From the NCBI GenBank assembly GCA_947442505.1, contig CANEVR010000001.1:30305-94304 (forward strand): a stretch of 64,000 nucleotides of DNA, written 5' to 3'. The notes below the pieces were generated by a model. It was given only the letters and a program-made list of their open reading frames with translations, did not search any database and was not told the DNA's origin. A program made the position numbers and the translations under genes. Of this stretch, positions 51,321-62,166 are shown in pieces. The stretch is from Flavobacteriales bacterium (GTDB lineage Bacteria; Bacteroidota; Bacteroidia; Flavobacteriales_D; Sanyastnellaceae). Each line of letters starts with the position of its first letter. The stretch's first letter is position 1.

Positions 51321-52298
51321 ATGCGCGAAATTCAATTTAGAGAGGCCATCTGTGAGGCCATGTCAGAAGAAATGAGAAGAGACTCCTCTGTATTCCTTTT
51401 GGGAGAAGAGGTGGCTGAGTACAATGGTGCTTACAAGGCTTCCAAAGGCATGCTCGACGAATTTGGTCCCAAGCGCGTTATAGATACTCCTATTGCTGAA
51501 TTGGGTTTTGCCGGTATTGCAGTAGGAGCTGCCATGAACGGTTTGCGTCCTGTTGTGGAATTCATGACCTGGAACTTCGCTATTTTGGCGGCTGACCAAA
51601 TCATCAACTCTGCAGCGAAAATGTTGCAGATGTCAGGTGGACAATACAATGTTCCCATTGTATTTCGTGCACCAAACGGAACTGCTGGTCAATTGGCCGC
51701 AACCCATAGCCAAAGCTTTGAAGCTTTTTACGCACACGTTCCCGGTTTGAAAGTCATTACCCCTTCTAATCCATATGATGCGAAAGGTTTGTTGAAAGCA
51801 GCCATCCGAGACAATGACCCTGTGTTATTCATGGAGTCCGAGAAAATGTATGGTGACAAGGGAATGGTTCCAGATGGAGAGTATATTTTGCCCATCGGTG
51901 TGGCGGATATCAAGCGCGAAGGAACGGATGTTACTTTGGTTTCTTTCGGGAAAATCATGAAGACTGCCCTGGCTGCTGCTGAAGAGTGTGAGAAAGAAGG
52001 CATCAGCGTCGAGGTCATCGATTTGCGTACGATTCGTCCTTTGGACATCGACACCATCATCAACTCTGTTAAGAAGACCAATCGATTGATCATATTGGAA
52101 GAAAGTTGGCCCGTGGCGAGCATCTCTACTGAGATTGCTTACCGTGTTCAACGCAACGCATTTGATTATTTGGATGCACCCATCCGCAGATTGACCCAAA
52201 CAGATACTCCTTTTGCTTTTGCCCCAACTTTGATTGAAGCAGCATTGCCACAAATCAAAGACGTGGTTCAAGCAGCCAAGGAAGTTTGCTATAAATAA
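51321..52298 (+). CDS. pdhB: 2-oxoacid (pyruvate) dehydrogenase E1 component, beta subunit
   Basis: Start at MREIQFREAI. Typical E1-beta sequence (VFLLGEEVAEYNGAYK, DTPIAELGFAGIAVGAAMNGLRPVVEFMTWNF, NPYDAKGLLKAAIRDNDPV, IDLRTIRPLD). Confidence 0.9.
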   Translation: MREIQFREAICEAMSEEMRRDSSVFLLGEEVAEYNGAYKASKGMLDEFGPKRVIDTPIAELGFAGIAVGAAMNGLRPVVEFMTWNFAILAADQIINSAAKMLQMSGGQYNVPIVFRAPNGTAGQLAATHSQSFEAFYAHVPGLKVITPSNPYDAKGLLKAAIRDNDPVLFMESEKMYGDKGMVPDGEYILPIGVADIKREGTDVTLVSFGKIMKTALAAAEECEKEGISVEVIDLRTIRPLDIDTIINSVKKTNRLIILEESWPVASISTEIAYRVQRNAFDYLDAPIRRLTQTDTPFAFAPTLIEAALPQIKDVVQAAKEVCYK

Positions 52299-52311
52299 CA
52301 ATTCTTCAAAT

Positions 52312-53343
52312 ATGACGATGTCTTCTTCTCAATCGGAATCCAGAAAGAAGGCCATCGAAGCATTGCGCCGACATCAGCAACAATGGACCGCTGATCAGTT
52401 GGCGCAGCGTGTTTTAGAGGGAGATCGTGATGCCCTATCTACCGCCATCACCTGGTGCGAGAGCACATTGCCCCTACACCGCGAAAAAGCCCATGAAGTA
52501 TTGGATCAGATTATGCCACGTAGTGGGCAGTCCTTTCGATTGGGAATTACTGGTGTTCCAGGAGTAGGCAAAAGTACTTTGATTGAGACCTTGGGATTGA
52601 TGTGGATAGCGCAAGGCCATCGAGTGGCGGTATTGGCCATCGATCCTTCCAGCCCCATTACGCAAGGAAGCATTTTGGGAGACAAAACCAGAATGGAACA
52701 GCTCTCCGTTCATGCTTCTGCTTATGTTAGACCAACAGCTACCGCAAATGAATTGGGCGGAGTTGCTGCACGCACCCATGAAGCCATTCTGCTGTGTGAA
52801 GCAGCGGGATACGACCGCATCATCATAGAGACGGTTGGCGTGGGGCAAAGTGAGACGGCGGTCTATCACATGACCGATTGTTTTTTATTGTTGATGTTGG
52901 CAGGAGCAGGAGATCAATTGCAAGGCATCAAACGCGGAATTATGGAGATGTGTGATATCATGGCCATTACCAAAGCCGAAGGAGAGAATGAACGACCTGC
53001 GGAGCGCGCCAAAGCAGAATACCAGAATGCACTGCATTTGTTTCCAGAAAGATCAGACAGTTGGTTTCCACCGGTAATCACCGTTTCTGCTTTGCAGCAC
53101 AAAGGCATGGACACATTAATGGATGCATTGACGCGATATGAAACTTGGTCTAAGGAAAGAACTTGGACACAAAAGCGAAAAGACCAATTGCTCTATCAGA
53201 TGGAGCAAGAATGGGTAAGGCAATTGAAACAAAGCAAAATGCAAGATTCTAATTTTGTATTAAAATTCAAATCGCTGCAAGAGTTGGTGAGTCGAAATGA
53301 AATCAGTTTATCCTCAGCAGTGCAGCAATTGGTGAGGGATTGA
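52312..53343 (+). CDS. meaB: methylmalonyl-CoA mutase-associated G3E GTPase (MeaB/ArgK)
   Basis: P-loop GITGVPGVGKST, then DPSSP..GSILGDKTRM, ETVGVGQSE and the NKAD-equivalent ITKAEG. I chose the start at ATG 52312. Confidence 0.9.
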   Translation: MTMSSSQSESRKKAIEALRRHQQQWTADQLAQRVLEGDRDALSTAITWCESTLPLHREKAHEVLDQIMPRSGQSFRLGITGVPGVGKSTLIETLGLMWIAQGHRVAVLAIDPSSPITQGSILGDKTRMEQLSVHASAYVRPTATANELGGVAARTHEAILLCEAAGYDRIIIETVGVGQSETAVYHMTDCFLLLMLAGAGDQLQGIKRGIMEMCDIMAITKAEGENERPAERAKAEYQNALHLFPERSDSWFPPVITVSALQHKGMDTLMDALTRYETWSKERTWTQKRKDQLLYQMEQEWVRQLKQSKMQDSNFVLKFKSLQELVSRNEISLSSAVQQLVRD

Positions 53344-53357
53344 AGCGGTATCCCGCA

Positions 53358-53418
53358 GTGCAGGCTGTAAGGCCTGCACGAGGAATACAAGCGGAAAGCC
53401 CGACCCCGCAAGGCGGGG
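53358..53418. other. two GC-rich hairpins in a convergent intergenic region; possible bidirectional terminator or REP-like element
   Basis: GTGCAGGC-tgtaag-GCCTGCAC (53358..53379) and CCCCGC-aag-GCGGGG (53404..53418). Neither is followed by a T-run. Confidence 0.35.
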
Positions 53419-53434
53419 GCACCACCAAAAAGCA

Positions 53435-54847
53435 TTAGTGATTGATGAGCAACTTCACAAAAAACATGCGACCTTCTTGTTGAATTTGAACGCTGTAAAA
53501 ACCGTTGGGAAGCTCTCTGAACGTGATGATTCCTGAGTTGTTTTGCTTTGTCAACACGACTTGCCCCATGGCATTCAACACCCAAATTTGAGCAGAGGAT
53601 TGGTTGTCATTCAGCACCACCACAGGATCTATTCCGTTGTTGTATAAGTCAAAATGGAATTTAGGAATTTCACGAACAAAAACGGTATTGGTGTCGGAAG
53701 TATCCGTGGTATCAACGATTTCCGTGGTGTCAATGGGAATATAGGTGAGGTCATGAAAGTCAATCATCTCCACCCAATAAGGATGATCAATGAAAGGATT
53801 GCGGTTCATTTGGATGGACTGAATATAGTCATTGCGTGCACGCTCGTATCCATCCGGAAGGTCGGAGAAATGCCAATTCAAGAGTGTTTCAACCGACTGA
53901 GGAGCTTCGCTCAATGCAGGCAACACGACATTGTTCAATTGATCAAAGGTCCAATCGAGGTTTTCCAAACCGTCATATCGCAATGACATATAGAGTAAGG
54001 CGCGAGCGGCATCCCCTTTTTGAATTTCGCGGGGTTCATAGACCACTTGATTGAGGTCATTGAAGCCCAATTTTCCGAGGTGAAAAGATGAAGAAATGGT
54101 TTCTACTTCGCCCAAAGGATGGTTGCTTCTCACACCATTGGCATTGTTTTGTTGGGTTGGAAACAAGTGGTGTTGATCGGCATACTCATCTGTGCCTGTA
54201 CCGGAATAACTGGGCATCCAACTGTGGCAGTAGGTGTGCTCGCGGCTGATGGGCAACCAATCGAACGGAGGGGTGTAGACATGATGGAATTGAGAGTAGA
54301 CGCAAGTGACCACTTTTTGCTCATCTGCCGTATCCTCAGCGGCAAAATCTGCAATCATGGTCTCGTCATAATTGTTGTAACTGATTTTGACATAAGGTGA
54401 ACGAATGCGATCTTTCAAATCATCCACGAAGGTGGCTTGGGTGGAGTCAATGTCCGCATAATAATCCGCCATCATGTTGAAAGGGGTATTGATGACAAAA
54501 GGTTCGTCATAGACCATGTAAACAGGACTTCCACCGCCATTCTCTTTTGTATACAATTGATAGAAATAAGCATTGCTCGCGCGCAAAGATTTTTGCAAGA
54601 AACTAGGAACGGTTCCGGCATAGGCCACTTGATCATCTCCAAGATAATCCCCTTGCTGATAGTCAATACCGTCCTCTGGAGCGCTCAATGCAGGGCTATT
54701 TCCACGAACCAGTAAATAGCCCAAAACGTTGGTCGCAGCTGGCCAATTAAGTTGCGCTTTAAAAGAAGTTATACCAGACACTTGAACTTGTGAAAGAGAC
54801 AATAAACCCAAACACAAAAAAAACACCAACGCTATAACTCTATGCAT
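53435..54847 (-). CDS. secreted endonuclease I family nuclease with a T9SS C-terminal sorting domain
   Basis: Signal peptide present. Endonuclease_1 motifs (REHTYCHSW, DQHHLFPTQQNNANGVRSNHPLG, GDAARALLYMSLRY, NRNPFIDHPYW). The C-terminus (WVLNAMGQVV...LPNGFYSVQI...FVKLLINH) is the T9SS CTD. Confidence 0.85.
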   Translation of the reverse strand: MHRVIALVFFLCLGLLSLSQVQVSGITSFKAQLNWPAATNVLGYLLVRGNSPALSAPEDGIDYQQGDYLGDDQVAYAGTVPSFLQKSLRASNAYFYQLYTKENGGGSPVYMVYDEPFVINTPFNMMADYYADIDSTQATFVDDLKDRIRSPYVKISYNNYDETMIADFAAEDTADEQKVVTCVYSQFHHVYTPPFDWLPISREHTYCHSWMPSYSGTGTDEYADQHHLFPTQQNNANGVRSNHPLGEVETISSSFHLGKLGFNDLNQVVYEPREIQKGDAARALLYMSLRYDGLENLDWTFDQLNNVVLPALSEAPQSVETLLNWHFSDLPDGYERARNDYIQSIQMNRNPFIDHPYWVEMIDFHDLTYIPIDTTEIVDTTDTSDTNTVFVREIPKFHFDLYNNGIDPVVVLNDNQSSAQIWVLNAMGQVVLTKQNNSGIITFRELPNGFYSVQIQQEGRMFFVKLLINH

Positions 54848-54868
54848 ACACCTTAGGATTAAAATTAT

Positions 54869-55249
54869 TTATTCTCCCTGTTTAAAATACAACCAACCCA
54901 TTTTCAGCCAACCTGCAATCATCAGCACTCCACCAATGGGGGTAATCGGGCCAATAAAAGCATTGATGGGCCAATTAAAAATGGCATTAAAAACCAACAA
55001 ATAAATGGAACCGCTAAAAAGGCATACACCAATAAAAACCAGTCGAATGGCTGACGATCTGCTTGGCGAAAAATCACCTGAAAACCTCACCACCATTAGC
55101 GCTACAGTCATGATTAAATGATACATAACACCTATCTTGAAAGATTCGATGCGCTCAGCATCAACCAACTTTTTTAGACCATGCGCACCAAATGCACCTA
55201 GAACAATGGCCAAAGCCAAAAAGAAAAGCAATGTTGATTTCTTAGACAT
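54869..55249 (-). CDS. DUF423 membrane protein
   Basis: 126 aa with four TM helices and the GAFGAHGLK signature. Confidence 0.8.
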   Translation of the reverse strand: MSKKSTLLFFLALAIVLGAFGAHGLKKLVDAERIESFKIGVMYHLIMTVALMVVRFSGDFSPSRSSAIRLVFIGVCLFSGSIYLLVFNAIFNWPINAFIGPITPIGGVLMIAGWLKMGWLYFKQGE

Positions 55250-55284
55250 GGCAACAAAAGTAGGCTAAAATAAATTGGTCAGTT

Positions 55285-58200
55285 TTGAAAGATTCCTTAT
55301 ATTTCGTGATTAAACAAACCGAATCAGTGAAAGTGAAACTAAAGATTTATATAGGCTTAATCTTTTTGTTGCTCAGTGTGTCGATGTCTGCGCAGACCAA
55401 AAAAGATGAAGCCAAGTTGGCCAAAGAAGCCCTAGGTTTTTTTGATGCCCGTCAATATGTTGATGCGTTTCCGATGTACTCCCAGTTGGTGGCCTTGAAT
55501 CCTTCCAATGCCGATTATGCCTATTTCTTCGGTGTTTGTGCTACCTATTGCGATGTTGATAAGACCAATGCTGTTAAGTATTTGAAGCAAGCGATCAAAG
55601 GCAATTATTCCGCACCTGAAGTCTATTATTTTCTGGGACGCGCCTTGCACCTCAGTTATCAATTTGGAGAAGCATGTGCAGCCTATGAAACTTTCCTCGA
55701 TGTCGCTACTCCAGAAGTTATTCGCAGGTATGATGCATTGCGTCAAATTCAAATGTGTATTTACGGAACACGGTTATTAGCCAACCCCAAAGAGTTGATG
55801 GTGAAGAAAAGAACGGAGGCTGAGCGCATTAATTTCTTCCGTTACATGCAACTGGAGGCCGTTGGTGGTAAGATCATCACAACACCCAATGAGCTTTTGC
55901 AAAGCAGAGACAAGAAATCCGCTAATCCGCATTTGATCTATTTGAATGGCACGCCCAAGAATATCTATTTTTCAATGCTGACGGATACCGCAGGATTGGA
56001 CATATTTCAAGCAGAGCTCAAATCAGACGGAACATATGGCACGCCAACTCCTTTGAGCGGTAAGGTGAATACAAGTTTTGACGAAGACTATGCCTTCCTT
56101 CATCCCAATGGCAGAAGTTTATATTTTGCATCAAAGGGACACAACAGCATGGGAGGATATGATATATTTCGTTCCGATGTTGACTCATTAACCAGGAAAT
56201 GGAAGAAGCCTGTCAATCTTGGATTTGCATTCAACACGCCTGATGATGATTTGTTTTTCATATCTGATGCCGACAACAAGACCGCGATTTTTGCTTCTGG
56301 TAGAACCAGTGATTTGAATCACTATTCGCTTTACCAAACGGCATTTGAGGGCACGCCCATTGACATCATCTATGCCAAGGCAAAGTTCACCAATCTCAAC
56401 AATCCGGAGAACAATGTAGCGCAATTGGTGGTGAAGGATTTGGAGACAGGAGAGATTGTGGGAGACGTTACTTCTGATGTGAAAACCGGCGCTTTTGATG
56501 TTTACTTTCCTAAGCCGGGTCGCTATTCCTACAGCGTTACATTGCCCGATGGCACAGAACAATTGGTAGCAGAATTTGATGTACAACCAGGAAGATCTGG
56601 TTCTGTATATTTTCCACAGCAGGTGAATGTGTCCAAAAATGATGAAGGCAAAGATGTTGTTACGGTGAAAAATGGACAAGACTTGGCCTTGGACGGAGGA
56701 ATGGAAAAAGCTGTTGCCGGACTTTTGCGCAGCAAGTCGCAACTCCCCGTGTCCAAGCAGGCTGAAGACATGGCCAACATGGAACGCAGCATGACCAATG
56801 CTCCAGCATTGGCGGGATTTTCCAAAGGAAAAACAGCAGAGGATATATTGAACGACATGAAGGCCGAGGCAAAAGCTTTGAGTGCAGCCCAGCCCGTTGT
56901 TCAGCAACAAAAACAATCGGCTTATCAGTTGGCCAACCAACAAATCAAGTTGTCTCAAATCACAATGAATCAATCTGACTCATTGATTAAATTGGTAAGT
57001 GACAAAGTAGATGCGGCCAAGGCGAAAGGAAATCCGTACATTTTCACAGATGCGGATCGTGAAACTTTGAACCAAGCCCAGCAGCTACGAGAGGAGTCGG
57101 AAGCACATCGACTGAAAGCAAAAGGAGCAATGGAATTGGCGGAACAATTGAGTGCCTACCAAGCCACGTTGGAGCCTACTTCAAAAGAGTTGCTCTCCCG
57201 TTCCACCAAACTTCAGAGTTACTTAAAAGACAACAATGTAGAAGGTGCTGTTGAAGTTTTGACAGAGGAGCGCAAACGCCTTCTGGCAGAACAATCAAGA
57301 CCAAAAAAACCAAACAACGCTTTGCCTCAACGTGCCAAATCCTCAGCACGTGATCACCAGGGCAACGAGGAGTTGTACACAAAAACTCTTCAAGAGTTGA
57401 ATGCCGCTGAGGCCAAAGTTATTCTTGATCAGAAGTCTGGAGCACCATCATTGGCGCAGTCGCAAGCCACTGCGAAAAATAAGAAAACGGAACTGTTGCA
57501 AATGGATCCCAAGGTTAAAAAGACCTATGATGAGGCAGCCTCTTCTAAACTTTCCAATGGCATATATACCCAAATGACCAACAATGAATCATTGGGATTG
57601 AGTGAGTCCGAAAAGATCAATTATGATCCTGCCGCTGTGGCACAATTGCAAAACCAAATGAAAGGTTTGGAAAGTAAATCCAGCGGACCATTTGCGGCGC
57701 AACCAGTGTACGATCTGGCCAAGGTTTCTCCTTACCGCAATTACAGCATCAACGATGTTAAAGACCCTGGCACACAAAAATCAACCATTACTCCAGCAAA
57801 TCAAGGATTGGCTGTCAATGGTGAGGTCAAAACAAATGAAACCGGCTCTTCCAATGGCAATGAGAAGAAAATGACCGATAATGGCAGCAGCGGTGAAACC
57901 AAGGTGGACATTACTGTCCCTGCTGATACTGCTGGAAAGAAAAACAACCTAGAAGTAAAAACAACCGTTTCTCCCGAAGGTGCAAAAGTTGAAACAACAG
58001 TGACCTCCGATGGAGACCCGGAAGTAAAAAGCAAAGTCAATGCAACAACCGTTGATCCAAGCAACAAAACTGAGGATAACAAGGATTTGGAATTGGCGTT
58101 GAAATCGTCTAAAATCATGAAGCAAATCATTGACAGCGCGCAATTCAAAGAGTACGATGCATTGTATGCTTATGAGGAGTTAAAGGCTATGGATCGACTG

Positions 58201-60111
58201 AAAAAATATCCTGATTTGACCAGTCTATTCAAGCAAAGAGCGAAATTGGATTCCATCAATCAAGTGATTGCACAGGCTGAGTTGAGCATTAAAAATGAAT
58301 CCGATCCTGCCAAGAAACAAAGTTTGATCAATGGACAAGGGCAGCTCATTGCACAGCGATCAACCATAGAATTGGCGAACAAAGAAATCTTTAGGGGATT
58401 GGCTAGAAATGAAACCGAAGCCAGCAAAGGTCCAGCTATGAAGCGCTATGAAGAGTCGTTGGCCGCGCTTAAAAATGAACCTATCCTTTCAGCTTTCATT
58501 AATCAATTGAGAAATGATATAGATTCAGTGAGTGACCTGGCGTTGATTGACCGCAAGAAAGCTGATGTTGCCTCCAATGATGTTGAGAAGGCCAAAGCGC
58601 TTCGCAGTGCATTTGCCAAAGAACTCATGGTGGCTGACATGTATGCACACATGAAAAAAGCATTGGATGCCATGGCCATATTTGCATTGTACAACACTGC
58701 TGATGAGGCGTTCTTGTTGTCCAATGACGAGGCGGCCATTCGCGCCAAATACTCCACACATTCTGTTAAGGTTGAAGTACCCGAGGAAACTACCATTGAA
58801 GAAAGTGGCAAAGATGAAAGTGGCAATGCTGAAGTCATGCGTGATCTGCAATCCCTCACTTTTAGTGATGAGCAGATGAAGAAAAATGGTATTAAGCTGA
58901 CGCAAGAAAGCTATACCAAAGAGAACGTCAGTGATTTGTTCATGCCCAAAGCGGAGCGCGTTGATAAGCCGTTCTTTGTTAAAATGAATAAATCTGCCTA
59001 CGGCGCTCAAAATCCCATTCCAGTAGATGAGCAAATGCCCATGGGTATTGTTTACACGGTTCAGGTTGGTGCTTTCAGAAACCCAATCCCTAACAACACA
59101 TTCAATGAATTTGCTCCAGTAATGGGACAAAAATTGAACAATGGATTTACACGCTACATGGCTGGATTATTCCCTGACAAAAAATCTGCGATACAAGCCC
59201 GCAACGAAATTCGCATGATGGGCTACAGTGATGCGTTTGTTGTGGTATACAAAGACGGAAAGCGCGTGGGCATGAATACCGTTCCTGCCACCCCAAACAA
59301 TGAAAAGGTCAACACGCAAGCTACACCACCTACAGCTCCAAAATCAACAACCACTTCAGGCACAAAAACCATCGCCGCAACCAATGTTAGCGATGAAGAA
59401 GGATTCTTCACCATTCAAGTGGGAGTCTTTGGTAGACCTGCTTTGGAAGGTGAAATCGGCATAGGCAATTTGAACATGGAATACGATGCAGGTAAAAACT
59501 TGTACCGCTATTCTACTGGTATTTATTACAAAAAATCTGAAGCGCAAGCAGCCTTACCAGGTGTCAAAGCGAAAGGATTTGAAGATGCTTTTATTACTGC
59601 CTATAAAAAAGGAAAGAAAGTGTCTGTTGCACAACTTGGCGAAAATGATTTTCAACCCAAGAGCGAGCCCAAAGCTCCTGTTCAACCTGTGGAAAATGTG
59701 AAAACGCCAAAGCCAGAAAACCCAATAACGGAGCCTGCTGTGCAAGAAAAGAAATCGGCACCAAAAGGAGCTGCTGATTTGAACAAAGACTGGGATGAGA
59801 GTGACCCCAACAAGATTTTCTACTTCCGATTAGAAGATGTTTACGGAACCTACAAGTGTTGTGAATCGAGTGATTCAATCTGCAACAATCCAGACAACAG
59901 GAATGCCATCAAACGATTGACATTGATCTCCAACGGAAGCGGAGTTGCCATAGATGGCAACAACAAAACCACCAATTTCAAATGGAAGTATGTGAAAAAT
60001 GATCCCATGCCCATCCAAGAAATGGAATCGATTTTGGGTCCCAATTACTCCTTCTACTACCGAAATGGCAATATCCATTTGGGCGATTTTTGCAAACCCA
60101 AAGACCAGTAA
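55285..60111 (+). CDS. large envelope protein: signal peptide, TPR, PD40/TolB-like repeats, long coiled coil or low-complexity region, two C-terminal SPOR domains
   Basis: Signal-like KLKIYIGLIFLLLSVSMSAQ; the likely true start is GTG 55327. PD40-like GRSLYFASKG..GGYDIF. SPOR-like YTVQVGAFRNP...MGYSDAFVVVY and FTIQVGVFGRP...KGFEDAFITAY. Confidence 0.85.
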   Translation: MKDSLYFVIKQTESVKVKLKIYIGLIFLLLSVSMSAQTKKDEAKLAKEALGFFDARQYVDAFPMYSQLVALNPSNADYAYFFGVCATYCDVDKTNAVKYLKQAIKGNYSAPEVYYFLGRALHLSYQFGEACAAYETFLDVATPEVIRRYDALRQIQMCIYGTRLLANPKELMVKKRTEAERINFFRYMQLEAVGGKIITTPNELLQSRDKKSANPHLIYLNGTPKNIYFSMLTDTAGLDIFQAELKSDGTYGTPTPLSGKVNTSFDEDYAFLHPNGRSLYFASKGHNSMGGYDIFRSDVDSLTRKWKKPVNLGFAFNTPDDDLFFISDADNKTAIFASGRTSDLNHYSLYQTAFEGTPIDIIYAKAKFTNLNNPENNVAQLVVKDLETGEIVGDVTSDVKTGAFDVYFPKPGRYSYSVTLPDGTEQLVAEFDVQPGRSGSVYFPQQVNVSKNDEGKDVVTVKNGQDLALDGGMEKAVAGLLRSKSQLPVSKQAEDMANMERSMTNAPALAGFSKGKTAEDILNDMKAEAKALSAAQPVVQQQKQSAYQLANQQIKLSQITMNQSDSLIKLVSDKVDAAKAKGNPYIFTDADRETLNQAQQLREESEAHRLKAKGAMELAEQLSAYQATLEPTSKELLSRSTKLQSYLKDNNVEGAVEVLTEERKRLLAEQSRPKKPNNALPQRAKSSARDHQGNEELYTKTLQELNAAEAKVILDQKSGAPSLAQSQATAKNKKTELLQMDPKVKKTYDEAASSKLSNGIYTQMTNNESLGLSESEKINYDPAAVAQLQNQMKGLESKSSGPFAAQPVYDLAKVSPYRNYSINDVKDPGTQKSTITPANQGLAVNGEVKTNETGSSNGNEKKMTDNGSSGETKVDITVPADTAGKKNNLEVKTTVSPEGAKVETTVTSDGDPEVKSKVNATTVDPSNKTEDNKDLELALKSSKIMKQIIDSAQFKEYDALYAYEELKAMDRLKKYPDLTSLFKQRAKLDSINQVIAQAELSIKNESDPAKKQSLINGQGQLIAQRSTIELANKEIFRGLARNETEASKGPAMKRYEESLAALKNEPILSAFINQLRNDIDSVSDLALIDRKKADVASNDVEKAKALRSAFAKELMVADMYAHMKKALDAMAIFALYNTADEAFLLSNDEAAIRAKYSTHSVKVEVPEETTIEESGKDESGNAEVMRDLQSLTFSDEQMKKNGIKLTQESYTKENVSDLFMPKAERVDKPFFVKMNKSAYGAQNPIPVDEQMPMGIVYTVQVGAFRNPIPNNTFNEFAPVMGQKLNNGFTRYMAGLFPDKKSAIQARNEIRMMGYSDAFVVVYKDGKRVGMNTVPATPNNEKVNTQATPPTAPKSTTTSGTKTIAATNVSDEEGFFTIQVGVFGRPALEGEIGIGNLNMEYDAGKNLYRYSTGIYYKKSEAQAALPGVKAKGFEDAFITAYKKGKKVSVAQLGENDFQPKSEPKAPVQPVENVKTPKPENPITEPAVQEKKSAPKGAADLNKDWDESDPNKIFYFRLEDVYGTYKCCESSDSICNNPDNRNAIKRLTLISNGSGVAIDGNNKTTNFKWKYVKNDPMPIQEMESILGPNYSFYYRNGNIHLGDFCKPKDQ

Positions 60112-60114
60112 AAC

Positions 60115-62142
60115 ATGTTGAAGAAATATCTTATCATTGGTCTGCTCACAGTGGTCACTATTGCTGTGAATGGGCAAGAAGGATGTGAACATGTCCCTCT
60201 TCCCAAGGCGCTCAAAGCGCTTGAGCAATCCAAAGACAAAGACAAAAATGCTGCAGAGAAAAAAGCAGCAGTTCAAAAATCATTGGAGATCGATCCTGAA
60301 TGTTTGCCATGCTTGCATCAACTCGGAGAAATGACTTTTTTCAGAGCGAAGAGCGGTGGAATGGACTTTGCGGAGTCCAAAGAAATTTTTAAATCGCTCA
60401 TCGAAAAATGCGACGTCTACCATCCAGAACCATTCTACTATCTGGGAGCAATGGCCTATGCCGACAAAGAATACGACGATGCCATCAAATACTTTGAGTT
60501 GTTCTTAAGATTCCCTTCCGATGACCCCACCAAGCTCGGAAAACAGTATGAAAAAAAATATGCCGAGGTAGAGGAAGCCTTGCCGCATGTCAAAGCCTAC
60601 AGAGAAATTTATCAGAACAAAACCCCATTTGATCCTGAAAAAGTTGTTGGCGTTTGCACAGACAAGGAAGAATATTTGCCCCTACTCTCCCCCGATGGAG
60701 AACTCATTTTCTATACCCGACAATTTCAAAAGCAGGCAAAAGGTGATGTAGAACCCAGAATGGTCGAGGAATTGACATGGTCCAAAAGGAAAAACATCAA
60801 TGAAGATTTTGATGGTGGAGCTGCCCTTCCCTCCCCTTTCAATGTGGGGCAAAACTATGGCGGCATTACCATCTCCATTGACAACAAAGAAATGATTGTT
60901 GCCCGTAAAAATCCCAAACCCAAGAATCCTGGGAACTTTGATTTGTTCAGCACACAATACATCAAAAAAACAGATAAGGACGGCAACAAATATTACGAGT
61001 GGCAGGAGTTGGTGGATCTTGGACCCAATGTCAATACAGACAATGGCTGGGAAGGACAACCCACATTGAGCGGAGATGGCAACACCCTTGTGTTTGTTAC
61101 CGTTCGTGAAGGATGCTTGAAAGATGGCAGTGGCAACCCTACCCACGACTTGTTTTATAGTACAAAACAACCCGATGGATCATGGGGCGTAGCACAACCG
61201 ATGAAAGGTCCCATCAACACCAAAGGACAGGAGAAAGCACCCTATTTTCATGCCGATAGCAAAACCCTTTATTTCTCCAGTGACGAGCACTTGGGTGTAG
61301 GTGGAATGGACATTTTTTACACCAAAATCAACGATGACTTTTCTTGTGGCGACATCAAAAATATTGGTGCGCCCATTAATGATGAGAATGATCAGATTGG
61401 CGTCATCGTGAGCAGTGATGGAGAGTTGGGTTATTTTGGCGCCAAGAAATTCAGGGGAGAAAGAACTTGGGACATCTATTCATTCACCATGCCTCCGCAA
61501 GCCAAACCAGAGAAAGTGATGTTGGTCAAAGGAGAAGTAAAGGACAAAGAAGGAGAACCCGTCAGCAATGCAGAAGTTGAATTAAAATACACCAACTCAG
61601 GTGAGGTCGAAAAAGTAAAAGTGAACGAAGACGATGGAACCTATGCCACCATCATGAAAGTAGGAACCAAAGAAGATGTTGTCTTAAGTGTCAAAGGAGA
61701 TGACATTGCCTTTAACACCCGCGTCATTGCCCACAAGGAAGATACTGTCCCTCCAGTTGTGGTGAAATTGGATATGAAAACTGAAACCTTGGAAGGCGAC
61801 AAACCCTTTGCCATCAATGACATTCAATACGGCAGCAACAAGGCGGAATTGATGGAATCCAGTTTTATCATATTGAAAGAATTTGCTAACTACCTGAATG
61901 AACATCCCAACATGGAAGTCGAGATACGCGGACATACCGATGCCTCGGGCAGTGACCAAGCCAATCTTGCGTTGTCCATGGAACGGGCATTTGAGGTAAT
62001 GAATTTCTTGGCCAAGAATGGCGTTGATGGCAAACGACTTTCTGCAAAAGGATTTGGTGAAACCATGCCCGTTGCCTCCAATGATACCGAGGAAGGTAGA
62101 TCCAAGAACCGCAGAACGGAGTTTTTTGTGAAGAAGTTGTAA
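60115..62142 (+). CDS. OmpA family protein with TPR and PD40/TolB-like repeats
   Basis: Signal peptide present. PD40-like segments (DGELIFYT, DGNTLVFVT, SKTLYFSSDE..GGMDIF). The C-terminal OmpA domain has IQYGSNKAEL...EVEIRGHTDASGSDQANLALSMERA...GRSKNRRTEF. Confidence 0.9.
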   Translation: MLKKYLIIGLLTVVTIAVNGQEGCEHVPLPKALKALEQSKDKDKNAAEKKAAVQKSLEIDPECLPCLHQLGEMTFFRAKSGGMDFAESKEIFKSLIEKCDVYHPEPFYYLGAMAYADKEYDDAIKYFELFLRFPSDDPTKLGKQYEKKYAEVEEALPHVKAYREIYQNKTPFDPEKVVGVCTDKEEYLPLLSPDGELIFYTRQFQKQAKGDVEPRMVEELTWSKRKNINEDFDGGAALPSPFNVGQNYGGITISIDNKEMIVARKNPKPKNPGNFDLFSTQYIKKTDKDGNKYYEWQELVDLGPNVNTDNGWEGQPTLSGDGNTLVFVTVREGCLKDGSGNPTHDLFYSTKQPDGSWGVAQPMKGPINTKGQEKAPYFHADSKTLYFSSDEHLGVGGMDIFYTKINDDFSCGDIKNIGAPINDENDQIGVIVSSDGELGYFGAKKFRGERTWDIYSFTMPPQAKPEKVMLVKGEVKDKEGEPVSNAEVELKYTNSGEVEKVKVNEDDGTYATIMKVGTKEDVVLSVKGDDIAFNTRVIAHKEDTVPPVVVKLDMKTETLEGDKPFAINDIQYGSNKAELMESSFIILKEFANYLNEHPNMEVEIRGHTDASGSDQANLALSMERAFEVMNFLAKNGVDGKRLSAKGFGETMPVASNDTEEGRSKNRRTEFFVKKL

Positions 62143-62166
62143 CGCGATAATCCTTATTTTAGCCAC

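Noticed and set aside
55432-60276. Numerous 60-260-aa antisense or alternative-frame ORFs inside the 1608-aa envelope gene; similar ORFs occur inside other long genes throughout the track
   Set aside because: They are shadow ORFs of long, well-supported genes. None has recognisable motifs or its own intergenic context.
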